DNA from: Actinomycetota bacterium
GTDB lineage: Bacteria > Actinomycetota > Acidimicrobiia > Spongiisociales > UBA4744
Assembly (NCBI GenBank): GCA_013152275.1
Contig: JAADGS010000031.1
Span: 1-64,000 of the forward strand
DNA length: 64,000 nt
Direction: 5' to 3'
Shown in pieces: positions 27,378 through 37,036 of this stretch. Made by a program: the position numbers and the translations under genes. Below the pieces are notes generated by a model. That model did not search any database, was not told the DNA's origin, and saw nothing but the letters and a program-made list of their open reading frames with translations. The first letter of the stretch is position 1, and every line of letters begins with the position of its first letter.

Positions 27378-28613
27378 ATGAGGAAACTGTTGGTCCTGGG
27401 CGCAGGCACTGCCGGCACCATGGTGGTGAACAAGATGAGCCACCATCTCGATCCCGACGAATGGCAGATCACGATCGTGGACCAGGACGAGACGCACTAC
27501 TACCAGCCGGGGTTTCTGTTCATCCCGTTCGGGATGTATGGGCGCAACGACGTCATCAAGGCCAAGCGAGACTACATCCCGACCGGTGTCGAGATGATCG
27601 TCTCGGAGATCGATGTGATCGACCCGGACAACAACCAGGTCAAACTCGTCAAGGGAGATCGCCGGCTGGACTACGACTACCTGGTCATTGCCACCGGGAC
27701 GCATCCGAGGCTGGACCAGACGCCCGGGCTTCTCGACGAAGAGAAACTTCCGGAGAACATTCACACCTTCTACACCCTCGAGGGAGCCGTGAACCTCGCC
27801 AAGTACCTGCGGTCCTGGGAAGGCGGACGGCTGGTGCTCAACATCATGGAGTTCCCGTTCAAGTGCCCGGTCGCTCCGCTGGAGTTCATCTTCCTTGCCG
27901 ACTGGTGGTTCACCGAGCAGGGGATCCGCGACAAGGTGGATCTGACCTTCGTGACCCCGCTTCCTGGGGCGTTCACGAAGCCGATCGCCTCTCGAGCGCT
28001 TGGCGGGATGCTGGAAGAGAAGAAGATCGCCCTGGTTCCGGACTTCATGCCGGAGCGGGTCGATGCGGACCGCAACACCCTCGTCGCGTTCGACGAGGAG
28101 GAGGTCGCATACGATCTGCTCGTCACCGTGCCGGTCAGTATGGGTGCCGACGTGATCGGACGATCGGGACTGGGAGATGAACTGAACCACGTTCCGGTCG
28201 ACAAGGAGACGTTCGTTTCCAAGAAGTACGACAACATCTTCGCTCTGGGCGACGCTGCAGCGCTGCCGACGTCCAAGGCGGGATCGGTTGCGCACTTCGC
28301 CGTCGATATCTGGACCGAGAACTTCCTTCGGTACATCGACGGCCTTCCCATGCTCGAGAGATTCGACGGTCACGCGAACTGTTTCATCGAGTCGGGCTTC
28401 GGCAAGGGGCTCCTGATCGACTTCAACTATGACACCGAGCCACTTCCGGGTAAGTACCCGCTTCCCGGCTTGGGCCCGTTCTCGCTGCTGCAGGAATCCG
28501 AGATGAACCACTGGGGCAAGATGATGTTCCGGTGGATGTACTGGAACGTGCTCCTCAAGGGCAAGGAAATGCCGGTCACCTCCTACATGACGATGGCAGG
28601 GAAGTGGAGCTGA
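27378..28613 (+). CDS. sqr: Sulfide:quinone oxidoreductase-like FAD oxidoreductase
   Basis: GAGTAG, HYYQPG, FKCPVAPLE, GDAA..PTSKAG, GHANCFIESG (two Cys); AAGGAG RBS. Confidence 0.85.
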   Translation: MRKLLVLGAGTAGTMVVNKMSHHLDPDEWQITIVDQDETHYYQPGFLFIPFGMYGRNDVIKAKRDYIPTGVEMIVSEIDVIDPDNNQVKLVKGDRRLDYDYLVIATGTHPRLDQTPGLLDEEKLPENIHTFYTLEGAVNLAKYLRSWEGGRLVLNIMEFPFKCPVAPLEFIFLADWWFTEQGIRDKVDLTFVTPLPGAFTKPIASRALGGMLEEKKIALVPDFMPERVDADRNTLVAFDEEEVAYDLLVTVPVSMGADVIGRSGLGDELNHVPVDKETFVSKKYDNIFALGDAAALPTSKAGSVAHFAVDIWTENFLRYIDGLPMLERFDGHANCFIESGFGKGLLIDFNYDTEPLPGKYPLPGLGPFSLLQESEMNHWGKMMFRWMYWNVLLKGKEMPVTSYMTMAGKWS

Positions 28614-28614
28614 G

Positions 28615-29301
28615 ATGAGTACCACGACCGACGACGTCGCCGAGCTGAGTCACAAGATCGACCAGCTCACCGCTCAGGTGCAGTTCCTCACCGAGGAGGC
28701 GCTCCTCGCGAGGGAGCGTCGCCAGGAACGCGACGAACTCATGGCCGACGTGACGCCGCTTGCCGGCGAGGCATATCGGTATGCAGTGCGTCAGCTCGAG
28801 CAGATAGATCGATACGTGACGCTCGACGACATGACCCATCTGGTCAAGAAGCTGTTGCGGAACGTCAAGAATCTCGAAGAGCTCCTCGACAGGATGGACA
28901 GTATCAAGGAGTTCATCGAGGACGCGACTCCCTTGACGCAGAGCGGAGTCATCAGCTTGATGGACGCGTTGCAGGACCTCGAGCACCGCGGCTACTTCGG
29001 GTTCATCCGAAGCGGTGGACAGGTGCTGGACAACATCGTCACGAGTTTCACGGAGGAGGATGTGCGCGCACTGGGCGACAACATCGTGCTGATCCTTCAG
29101 ACGGTGCGCGAGATGACTCAGCCGGAAGTGATGACGATGCTGCAGGATACGGCGAGGACGGTCCGCGAAGAAGAAGTTCCCGAAGACATCACGTGGCGGG
29201 CGTTGGTTCGCCAGATGCGTGACCCGGCGACCAAGAAGGGTCTGGCGAAGCTGATGCTGACCCTTCGGACGATTTCGGGCGAACAGCCGGAAAGACAGTA
29301 G
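28615..29301 (+). CDS. DUF1641-like helical protein
   Basis: Coiled-coil body; C-terminal ALVRQMRDPATKKGL; position directly after sqr. Confidence 0.7.
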   Translation: MSTTTDDVAELSHKIDQLTAQVQFLTEEALLARERRQERDELMADVTPLAGEAYRYAVRQLEQIDRYVTLDDMTHLVKKLLRNVKNLEELLDRMDSIKEFIEDATPLTQSGVISLMDALQDLEHRGYFGFIRSGGQVLDNIVTSFTEEDVRALGDNIVLILQTVREMTQPEVMTMLQDTARTVREEEVPEDITWRALVRQMRDPATKKGLAKLMLTLRTISGEQPERQ

Positions 29302-29314
29302 TAAAGGAGAAGTC

Positions 29315-29632
29315 ATGGCAACAGAAGTGATTGCCGGCCATGAGATCACCGTCGATGACGAAGGTTTCATGACCGATCCGAGCGAGTGGAGCGAGGTGCT
29401 CGCCGAGGCGCTCGCCAAGGAGATCAACATCGACGAACTGACCGAAGATCACTGGAAGGTGATCCGGTTCCTGCGAGCAGACCATGCAGAGACAGGGGAG
29501 ACGGCGACGATCCGGCGAGTTTCGATACAGACCGGTGTGACGACGAAACAGCTGTACCAGCTCTTCCCGAAAAAGCCTGCCAAGAAGATGGCGTACATCG
29601 CCGGCCTTCCAAAGCCGACCGGTTGCGTCTGA
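29315..29632 (+). CDS. TusE/DsrC-family sulfur relay protein with a single C-terminal Cys
   Basis: VDDEGFM, LTEDHWKVI, LYQLFP, AGLPKPTGCV. Confidence 0.9.
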   Translation: MATEVIAGHEITVDDEGFMTDPSEWSEVLAEALAKEINIDELTEDHWKVIRFLRADHAETGETATIRRVSIQTGVTTKQLYQLFPKKPAKKMAYIAGLPKPTGCV

Positions 29633-29645
29633 AGGGAGTGCACCA

Positions 29646-30125
29646 ATGCCGAAGTTCGATGATGAGACGGACCGTAAGATCAGCATCATCCTGAGTAAGG
29701 GGAGCCTGGACTGGGCGACCGCAGCGATGGTGATCGCCAACGCGGCGGTCTCCGAAGGAACCGAACTGCATATCTTCTTCACCTTCTACGGCATGGATGC
29801 CGTGCTGAAGAAGAAGATGGATCATCTCAAGGTCACACCGCTCGCGAATCCATCGATGGGAATGCCGAACGCCGTTGCCGCCCTTCCGGGAGTGACGGCG
29901 ATGGCGACGGCGATGATGAAGAAGATGATGAAGAAGCAGGACGTTCCGGAGCATCGCGACTTCATCCAGATGGTCGCCGACGCAGGTGGTCACCTGCACG
30001 TGTGCCGGATGACGTTCGACATGTTCGGATTCAAAGAGGAGGATCTCTACGAAGAGGTGGAAGACGTGCTCAACGCAACCGATTTCCTCGAGCTTGCCGA
30101 CGGCGGCCAGATCATCTTCATCTGA
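29646..30125 (+). CDS. DsrE/DsrF/DsrH-like (DsrE2-type) protein
   Basis: SKGSLD, IFFTFYG, VCRMTFDMFG, C-terminal IIFI. Confidence 0.85.
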   Translation: MPKFDDETDRKISIILSKGSLDWATAAMVIANAAVSEGTELHIFFTFYGMDAVLKKKMDHLKVTPLANPSMGMPNAVAALPGVTAMATAMMKKMMKKQDVPEHRDFIQMVADAGGHLHVCRMTFDMFGFKEEDLYEEVEDVLNATDFLELADGGQIIFI

Positions 30126-30138
30126 TTGCAGACTGTTG

Positions 30139-30170
30139 GAGGGGGTCCGCGAGGGCCCCCTCTTTCGTTG
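30139..30170 (+). terminator. Intrinsic terminator of the sulfur operon
   Basis: GAGGGGGTCC-GCGA-GGGCCCCCTC hairpin with GNRA loop, followed by TTTCGTTG. Confidence 0.75.
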
Positions 30171-30404
30171 TACCCACGCTCGCCGTACTCGGTATGTGGC
30201 ATTCGGTACCGCAACCGGCATCGCTGCCAGATCGTAGGGCGGGCGTGGCGACCCTCGGCGGCGACCGGAAGACGGCAGAACTCGCTTTGCTCGCCGGGGG
30301 GAGCAGTGTTCGCCCTGCTCGGTGGGGGAGGGCTTTGACGAGCGTCGGGGAGGTGTCCACGAGATCTTGGCCGAGGGCGGCGGGTGGCCCGCCGATCCGC
30401 GCGC

Positions 30405-30896
30405 CTAGGAGCGGGAGCCGTCTTCGTGCTCGACGGGAGGGACGAGGATGACGGGGACGTGGGTCTGTTCCATGACTTCGGCCGAGACGGAGCGCCATGC
30501 ACCGTCGCTGAACAACCTGCGGGTCACTCCGAGGAGGACGAGGTCGGCTCCGATGGTGTCCGCCGTATGGCAGATCACCTTCGCGGGGTTGGATCCCTCC
30601 AGGAAGAGCTTCTTCGGAAGCAGGCCCCTTGCGATCAGTGCAGCCAGGACGGGAGCGGCAAGGCGCTCGCCACGTTCCTCCACATAGCGGGCGGTTCGTG
30701 CCTGTTCGCTCTCGCTGTCAGGGGGGAACTCGGTGAGTGGATGCCACAGTTCGAGCTCCAGAGTGTCGAGGAACTCCTGGGGGGCAGGGACGACCGTGAG
30801 TACGGAGACGTCCCCCGTCGTACCCGCGAGGCGCAGAGTCAGGTCCGCGACGGGGCCCGGAGGGAGGACACCCGTGGTGGCTATCAGCACGTGCAC
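30405..30896 (-). CDS. Universal stress protein (UspA family)
   Basis: HVLIAT, G.NPAKVI..TA...GADLVLLG, SVSAEV....VPVILV. Confidence 0.82.
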   Translation of the reverse strand: MHVLIATTGVLPPGPVADLTLRLAGTTGDVSVLTVVPAPQEFLDTLELELWHPLTEFPPDSESEQARTARYVEERGERLAAPVLAALIARGLLPKKLFLEGSNPAKVICHTADTIGADLVLLGVTRRLFSDGAWRSVSAEVMEQTHVPVILVPPVEHEDGSRS

Positions 30897-31149
30897 GCCT
30901 CTAGCGTAAACCACTTTCCGACCGCACATCCCGACGGGAGCCTCCCGAGCAACGCATGGCCCACATTTCGACGACCGTGCATCGCCCCCTGTCTCCGCCA
31001 CGATGTGGCGCGCGACTGCCCTTTGTCACGTCCGAGCCGTCATGCCCGCCCCGCGGTCTCGCAGCGATCTGAGGCTGTGATGCGCAGTGCAAAGCACCGG
31101 TGCCGGCATCGCTGGACTCCTACGAGCCCCCGTCGGGTACAGTGCGCGC

Positions 31150-31659
31150 ATGTCCACACCCACTCCCCAGCTGATCAACCAGGTGACGTGGATGATTCCG
31201 AACGCTCTGGCCCTCATCGGTGCACGCTCCGGCGAAGAGTGGAATGCCATGACGGCTTCGTGGATCACCCAGGTCTCCATGGAGCCCGTCTCGATAGCCG
31301 TGTCCATCGACAAGAAGGCGCTGACACACCGACTCGTCGGCGAGGGTGGGGCCTTCTCCGTGAATCTGTGGTCGCCGGACGACACTCGTGTCTTCGTGAA
31401 GTTCTCGAAGCCGGCCACGAAGGACGGGATGCGGCTCAACGGCCTGCCCTTCAGGGAGGGTGTGACCGGCGTACCCGTTTTCGAAGCGTCCGTGGCGTGG
31501 CTCGAGGCGGCCGTGATCGATACGATCGATGTGGGCACCCACACGCTGTTCATCGGCGAGCTCGTCGCAGCCGGCAAGGATGCGAGTCACCAGGGGCGAG
31601 CGGCATCCATTGGCGACACACGAATGAAGTATGGAGGGGTGCGACGGGGAGGGCACTGA
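31150..31659 (+). CDS. Flavin reductase family protein
   Basis: NAMTASWITQVSMEP, GAFSVN, GTHTLFIGE. Confidence 0.88.
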   Translation: MSTPTPQLINQVTWMIPNALALIGARSGEEWNAMTASWITQVSMEPVSIAVSIDKKALTHRLVGEGGAFSVNLWSPDDTRVFVKFSKPATKDGMRLNGLPFREGVTGVPVFEASVAWLEAAVIDTIDVGTHTLFIGELVAAGKDASHQGRAASIGDTRMKYGGVRRGGH

Positions 31660-31737
31660 GTTCCCCACTCTCCGTTGCCGGCCGTTCAGATCACAGGGTG
31701 CCGGTGGCCGGTACCATACGAAACCGGAGGTGAGGGC

Positions 31738-32502
31738 ATGGACATTCGCGTCGATGGCAAGGTCGCGCTGATCACTGGCGGCAGCAGAGGGATCGGGGAG
31801 GCCATCGCCAAGGAGTTTCTTGCCAGTGGCGCCGCAGGAGTCGTGATCACAGGCAGGAAGCAGGCTGGACTCGACCAGGCGCTGGAAGAGATCGATGGAG
31901 GCGATCGTGTCATCGCAGTGGCGGGAGGCGCCGACGATGCAGACCATGTCACGCGAGCCGTGCAGCAGACGATTCGTGAGTTCGGCTCTTGTGATGTTCT
32001 CGTCAACAACGCGGCGACCAACCCGGTCGCAGGGAACATCACCGATATCGACCTTGGAGCGCTCGACAAGACCTGGTCGGTGAATCAGCGCGGTCCACTC
32101 ATGTTCGCGCGAGAGACCTGGCGGCAGTGGATGCGCGAACACGGTGGCTCGATCGTCAACATTGCATCGGTCGGGGGGCTCATGCCCGGGCCGCTGCTCG
32201 GAGCGTACAACGTGTCCAAGGCGGCGCTCATCTTCATGACGCGACAACTCGCTTTTGAGATGGCTCCCGGCGTGCGGGTGAACGCCGTCGCGCCGGGTAT
32301 CGTGAAGACCAGGTTCTCACGGCTTCTCTGGGAGATGAACGAGGAGGCCGCCGGCGGGCTCCATCCACTGAAATGCCTCGGAGAGGTGGAAGACGTGGCC
32401 GCGGCGGTCCTGTTCCTCGCATCGGACACCGCTTCGTGGATCACCGCGGTGACCATTCCGATCGACGGCGGGATGACCGGAGCGAGACCTGGTATCGGGT
32501 AG
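31738..32502 (+). CDS. SDR family oxidoreductase
   Basis: TGGSRGIG, NNAATNP, YNVSK, VNAVAPG; GGAGG RBS. Confidence 0.92.
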   Translation: MDIRVDGKVALITGGSRGIGEAIAKEFLASGAAGVVITGRKQAGLDQALEEIDGGDRVIAVAGGADDADHVTRAVQQTIREFGSCDVLVNNAATNPVAGNITDIDLGALDKTWSVNQRGPLMFARETWRQWMREHGGSIVNIASVGGLMPGPLLGAYNVSKAALIFMTRQLAFEMAPGVRVNAVAPGIVKTRFSRLLWEMNEEAAGGLHPLKCLGEVEDVAAAVLFLASDTASWITAVTIPIDGGMTGARPGIG

Positions 32503-32528
32503 CGAGGGTATCCGGTACCCATTCGGCT

Positions 32529-33698
32529 TCACTCGGGTGGGTACCCGGGACGTCCGGTTTCGATCCAGTCGCTGAAAGCGGCATCTGTCCCGACGTCACA
32601 CGCGGCGTCGACCGACATCAGGTAGCGATGACGGAGGAGGTCGCAGTAGGCCTGGATGGCATCGTGGACTTCCGGAAGGTCCCGAAGACGCTGCAGCGTG
32701 GGTTCGAAAGCGTCGATCCGCCACTGGACGGCTGCGAGGGGAGGGGAGAGTTCGAACTTGACCGCGTGGTAGTACAGGTCATCGAGGATCTGACGGGCCT
32801 GGCGTTCCCCCGCTTCGACTCCGGTCAGCTCTTTGAGCTTGTTGGCGTGGAAGGTGCGCCCTCCTACCCGGGTCCGCACCTCGAGTCGGTCACCTGTGGA
32901 GGCGACGGAGACTTCCTCCACGTGGAAGCCGAGATCGTTGATCCGGTTGATTCGCTCCGCGATCTTGTAGCGCTCGTCGGGTCCCACGACCCACACTGCC
33001 GAGAGTTCGTCCCAGAGGGCGCGATACCGGTCGGCGATATCCTCTCCGAGGGAGAGGTCGGCGTAGTCGAGAGGTACCCCTCGTTCGGCGGCGATGTCGG
33101 CCATCCCGCCGGCAACGTTCTCGGTCATGATCGCCAGATCTTCTTCACGCCGCCCGTCGGTCAAGGTGGGGAGAATGGACGCGGTTTCCGCATCCACCAT
33201 GCGGGTATCAAGACCATCCGCATCCCAGCGATACAGGGTGTTCGAAAGGGAGCAATCACCCCAGAAGCATCCCGCAAGGTGCAGTTGCACGAGGAGCGAG
33301 GCGAACGCATCGAGCATCTGGTTGCGACGGGCGCCGAATCCGGGTCCTTGCAGGAGCTCCCGATATGAAAACGAGTAGTCGAGATAGCGGGTGATGAGTG
33401 CTGCCGAGGGCTCTGCGGCGGCATCGTCTGCCCTCCCGGTCACCAGCCCGATCGCGGTGACGGCCGGTGCATGGAGATCTTCCAGGGTGCGCAGCGCCTC
33501 GTACTCACGACGGGCTGCGTCGGTCGGGAGCTCCTTGATCGCATAGATGCCGAGGCGATAGGCCACGAATCGGACCTCGTGTCGGGAGATTCCACGGGGG
33601 AGGTCGACGAGTCTCTCCGTGGTCCACGTGCTCAAGGGCCGATCCCAGGACAAGTCCAGGAAATCCGGGTGGCCGGGACGAATCGTGAGGTCGGGCAT
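32529..33698 (-). CDS. DUF4032 family protein (kinase-like fold)
   Basis: PRGISRH.VRFV, YAIKE, FWGDCSLSNTL, LVDAET-type motif, L.HRYLMS. Confidence 0.82.
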   Translation of the reverse strand: MPDLTIRPGHPDFLDLSWDRPLSTWTTERLVDLPRGISRHEVRFVAYRLGIYAIKELPTDAARREYEALRTLEDLHAPAVTAIGLVTGRADDAAAEPSAALITRYLDYSFSYRELLQGPGFGARRNQMLDAFASLLVQLHLAGCFWGDCSLSNTLYRWDADGLDTRMVDAETASILPTLTDGRREEDLAIMTENVAGGMADIAAERGVPLDYADLSLGEDIADRYRALWDELSAVWVVGPDERYKIAERINRINDLGFHVEEVSVASTGDRLEVRTRVGGRTFHANKLKELTGVEAGERQARQILDDLYYHAVKFELSPPLAAVQWRIDAFEPTLQRLRDLPEVHDAIQAYCDLLRHRYLMSVDAACDVGTDAAFSDWIETGRPGYPPE

Positions 33699-33766
33699 GG
33701 GGTGAACGCTAGTACCACCTCTCCGGATGCCGTTCGCAGTCTCCTCCTATCCTCGGTTGCACGCAG

Positions 33767-34025
33767 TTGCCCATCAGGGTCGAACTGGAACGGGGTGAGC
33801 GGCCGGGGCCGATCCGGGGATGGGGAACCCACCGAGTTGGCCGTCACTCTGCTGCGCGAGGCGTGCCCGTGTGCCGTATGCGAGGGAGCGGCCGGCGGTT
33901 GGCAGAATCGTTCGGTCACGATCGCGAACATCGAGGAATCCGGGGCGCACGGACTGCGTCTGGTGCTCGCACCCGACGGTCATCAGGCGTCTGTCGAGTG
34001 ATGCCGGTACGAGGCGCTTCGTATT
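33767..34025 (+). pseudogene. Frameshifted DUF971/GBBH-N-like zinc-binding gene remnant
   Basis: PIRVELERG in one frame; LLREACPCAVC...IEESGAHGLRLVLAPDGH in another; TGA at 33999 before YEALR. Confidence 0.55.
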
Positions 34026-34157
34026 CCGTATGCGGCCTCGGGTCGATGCGAGACCGCGGGGCGGGTGCGGGGGCTCTCGGTCCCCCGGCGAGCGAAGCGA
34101 CCGATTGGGGGAGAAGAGCGAAGTCCGAAAGGGGGAGTACGGCGAACCGAGGGGCGC

Positions 34158-34709
34158 TCAGGCGGCGAAGACGAGTTGATCTTTCAGCATTGCCGCGACG
34201 ACGGCCGGATCGAACTGGGCGCCTGCGTGAAGCTTGAGTTCGCCCAACGCGATCTCTGCGGAGAGTGCCGGCTGGTAGGGCCGCTCACTGGTGATGGCGT
34301 CGAAGGCGTCGGCGACGAAGAGGATGCGGGAGAGATGGGGAATGGCGGTTCCCGAGAGGCCGTATGGGTAGCCGCCACCATCGAAGCGTTCATGGTGGAA
34401 CAGGACCGCCGTGGCGATGTCGGGGTGGACGAGTCCGTCGAGGAGGGAGAATCCTTCTGCCGGGTGGCGGCGCATCTCGTCCCACTCTCGGTCGGCGAGC
34501 GGGCCGGGCTTGTTGACGAGCTTGCTGTCGATGCGGATCTTGCCGATATCGTGTAGATGGGCCGTCATGTGCAGCCGTCGCAGTTGTTCGGCGTCGAGGC
34601 CGAGTCGGGTCCCGAGTGTCGTCGCGATACGGGCAACCCGCGTCCCATGGTCCGCCAGCCACGTTTCCTGCTGCGAGATGAGGTCCGTGAACGTCTCGAT
34701 GGTGTTCAT
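34158..34709 (-). CDS. Stand-alone HD-GYP phosphodiesterase
   Basis: HGTRV, LHDIGK, HHERFDGGGYP, VADAFDAI..ERPY. Confidence 0.92.
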   Translation of the reverse strand: MNTIETFTDLISQQETWLADHGTRVARIATTLGTRLGLDAEQLRRLHMTAHLHDIGKIRIDSKLVNKPGPLADREWDEMRRHPAEGFSLLDGLVHPDIATAVLFHHERFDGGGYPYGLSGTAIPHLSRILFVADAFDAITSERPYQPALSAEIALGELKLHAGAQFDPAVVAAMLKDQLVFAA

Positions 34710-34845
34710 AACGCCTTCCAACTCCCACCACGGTGCGTAGTTTGCCACGCGCGGAGGGTGATGTCACGCGAAATAGGCCGAAGGGCCTACAGGCATCCTC
34801 TGGTCCCACGGGGGTACAGGGCCCGGAGTGAGCAAGAATGTGGGC

Positions 34846-35466
34846 ATGGACATTGCGGTGAATCTCGTGCAGGCATACCTTCGCGTCAACGGCTATCTGA
34901 CGATCACCGAGTTCGAAGTGCAGCGCAGGCGCAGCGATGGCACGTATGAGACCGCGACGGACGTCGATATCATCGCGCTTCGCCTTCCGGGGCAGGTGTA
35001 TCAGGGTGATCCCCACGAAGACACCGATTGCCAGATGCTGCTCATTCGCGACGAGGAGCTGCGCCTGGGACCGGAGGTCATCGATGTGATTCTCGGTGAG
35101 GTGAAGGAGGGGCAGGCCGAGTTCAACCCCGGACTGAAGCGACACGAGGTGTTGCACTCCGTACTCCGGCGCCTCGACTGGCTCTACACGTCACCACTCG
35201 ACGAGGTCGTCGATGCCGTGCACCGCCATGGCCTGTCGGAGACTCCGGCAAGGGGCGGCGGTACCGTCCGAACGCGACTCGTCGCGTTCGGACGCAGTCA
35301 GAAGACCGATCTGCACACCATCTCGTTGACTCATGTCGTCGAGACGATGCTCGACTACCTGCATCAGTTCGAAGACGTTCTGCGGCCGGCGACCTACAAG
35401 AACCCCGCGCCGGCACTGCTCAATCTGCTCGTGAAGACGGGCTTCGTGATCGGCAAGAAGGACTGA
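34846..35466 (+). CDS. Hypothetical protein with a PD-(D/E)XK nuclease-like motif
   Basis: YLRVNGY...E, TDVDIIA, ILGEVKEG. Confidence 0.6.
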   Translation: MDIAVNLVQAYLRVNGYLTITEFEVQRRRSDGTYETATDVDIIALRLPGQVYQGDPHEDTDCQMLLIRDEELRLGPEVIDVILGEVKEGQAEFNPGLKRHEVLHSVLRRLDWLYTSPLDEVVDAVHRHGLSETPARGGGTVRTRLVAFGRSQKTDLHTISLTHVVETMLDYLHQFEDVLRPATYKNPAPALLNLLVKTGFVIGKKD

Positions 35467-35471
35467 CAGGC

Positions 35472-36260
35472 TCAGGAGCCCTGTCGATCGTCCATGATCG
35501 CTTCGACGGCCTCGCGATGCTCTTGCGTGTGGTGGGCGATCGCCTGGAAGGCGGCCGTCATATCGAGGAATGCATCGAAGTCGGTGTTCCTGGCATGTCG
35601 CAAGAGACGTTTGGTGAGCCGAACGGCATGGGGAGGCTTGGCCGTGATGGTGTGGGCGAGGTCGTCGACCCGTTCCATGAGGTGATCCGTCTCCGTCAGC
35701 TCGAGCACGAGGCCGAGAGCGAGTGCCTCGTCGGCCTCGACGAGTCTGCCGGTGAAGATGAGCTCGGTGGCGCGTTGCCATCCGACGATACGGGGGAGGA
35801 TCCAGGCACCGCCGTCACCCGGCACGAGGCCAAGGTTGACGGCAGGTTGTCCCAGGCGTGCGGCACGGGAGGCGATTCTCAGGTCGCAGATGAGGGCGAG
35901 ATCACAGCCTCCTCCGACGGCGGGGCCGTTGATTGCAGCGATGGTCACCAGATCGAGAGATGCGACCGTGCGCATGAGCCGGAGGACGCTCGTCCTGTAG
36001 GACTCCGCGATGCGTCGTGCAGATCCCTCGAAGATCCCCTCACCGGCCTGCATGTCCTTCAGATTGCCACCGGCGCTGAAGGCGCTGCCTGCACCGGTGA
36101 GGATGAGCACCGACAGACCGGAATCGTCCTTGATCGTGTCGAGGGACGTGAGGAGACCTTCCAGGACGCCCGTTCCGGTCAAGGCGTTGCGCACGGAGGG
36201 GCGGTTCATCGTAAGCGTGGCGATGCGGCCTTCGACCGAGAGCAGCGTTGCGCCGCTCAT
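35472..36260 (-). CDS. Enoyl-CoA hydratase/isomerase (crotonase) family protein
   Basis: NRP.VRNAL, FSAGGNL, AINGPAVGGG.DLAL.CDLRIA, GLVPGDGG. Confidence 0.92.
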   Translation of the reverse strand: MSGATLLSVEGRIATLTMNRPSVRNALTGTGVLEGLLTSLDTIKDDSGLSVLILTGAGSAFSAGGNLKDMQAGEGIFEGSARRIAESYRTSVLRLMRTVASLDLVTIAAINGPAVGGGCDLALICDLRIASRAARLGQPAVNLGLVPGDGGAWILPRIVGWQRATELIFTGRLVEADEALALGLVLELTETDHLMERVDDLAHTITAKPPHAVRLTKRLLRHARNTDFDAFLDMTAAFQAIAHHTQEHREAVEAIMDDRQGS

Positions 36261-37036
36261 CCGGAAGCCTTGCCTGCGGCGGCGACGAATGCGGCTGCGC
36301 GGTCGGGATCGACGGGATTCGTCGTACGGCCATCGACCTCGATTGCCGTCCCGACGATCACCCCGTCGGCGTGCTGCAGGATCCGCTCGATCGTGTCGAT
36401 GCTCGCTCCGGACCCGACGAAGACGGGAAGCCTCGGGCAGGCTGTCCTCACCTCGTCGATGATGGCGATCTCGGTCGGCTTTCCCGTTCCGGTGCCGGAG
36501 ACGACGATCGCGTCGGCGCCACCGCGCTCACAGAGGTCCTCCGTCGCCTGAGCGAGCGTGAGACCGGCGGGCGGAACGGCATGTTTGACGAACACGTCGG
36601 CGAGAATCTCGATATCCGGGCCAAGCGACGATCGCAGGCGCGAGAGCTCCGCAGCCCGGCCCCCGAGCACACCCTGATCGGTGAACATCGTGCCGGTCAG
36701 GACGTTGACACGAATGAACGATGCGTCGCATGCCGCGGCAATCGAGAGTGCGCTCAGCGCGTCGTTCCGGAGTACGTTGACCCCGACGGGGATGGACGTC
36801 GCGGCGATGACGGCGCTGATCGTCCGGGCCATGGCCGCGACGGTTGCCGGGGGAACGGCATCGGCAAAGAAAGGAGCGTCACCGAAGTTCTCGACGAGGA
36901 CGGCGTCGAATCCGGCTCGTTCGAGTGCGACGGCGTCGTCGATGGCGCGCTGGACGACCGAGCGCATGTTGTCGGCGAAACGGGGGGCTCCCACCAGGGC
37001 GCCGAGATGCACCATGCCGATGAGCGGACCCGGCAT
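36257..37036 (-). CDS. BtpA/SgcQ family protein
   Basis: IGMVHL, ENFGDAPF, GVNVLRND, ADVFVKHA, SGTGTG, VGSG. Confidence 0.9.
   Translation of the reverse strand: MPGPLIGMVHLGALVGAPRFADNMRSVVQRAIDDAVALERAGFDAVLVENFGDAPFFADAVPPATVAAMARTISAVIAATSIPVGVNVLRNDALSALSIAAACDASFIRVNVLTGTMFTDQGVLGGRAAELSRLRSSLGPDIEILADVFVKHAVPPAGLTLAQATEDLCERGGADAIVVSGTGTGKPTEIAIIDEVRTACPRLPVFVGSGASIDTIERILQHADGVIVGTAIEVDGRTTNPVDPDRAAAFVAAAGKASG

Noticed and set aside
29315..29632. dsrC as a marker of dissimilatory sulfur metabolism
   Set aside because: Lacks the second conserved Cys, and there is no dsrAB in the window
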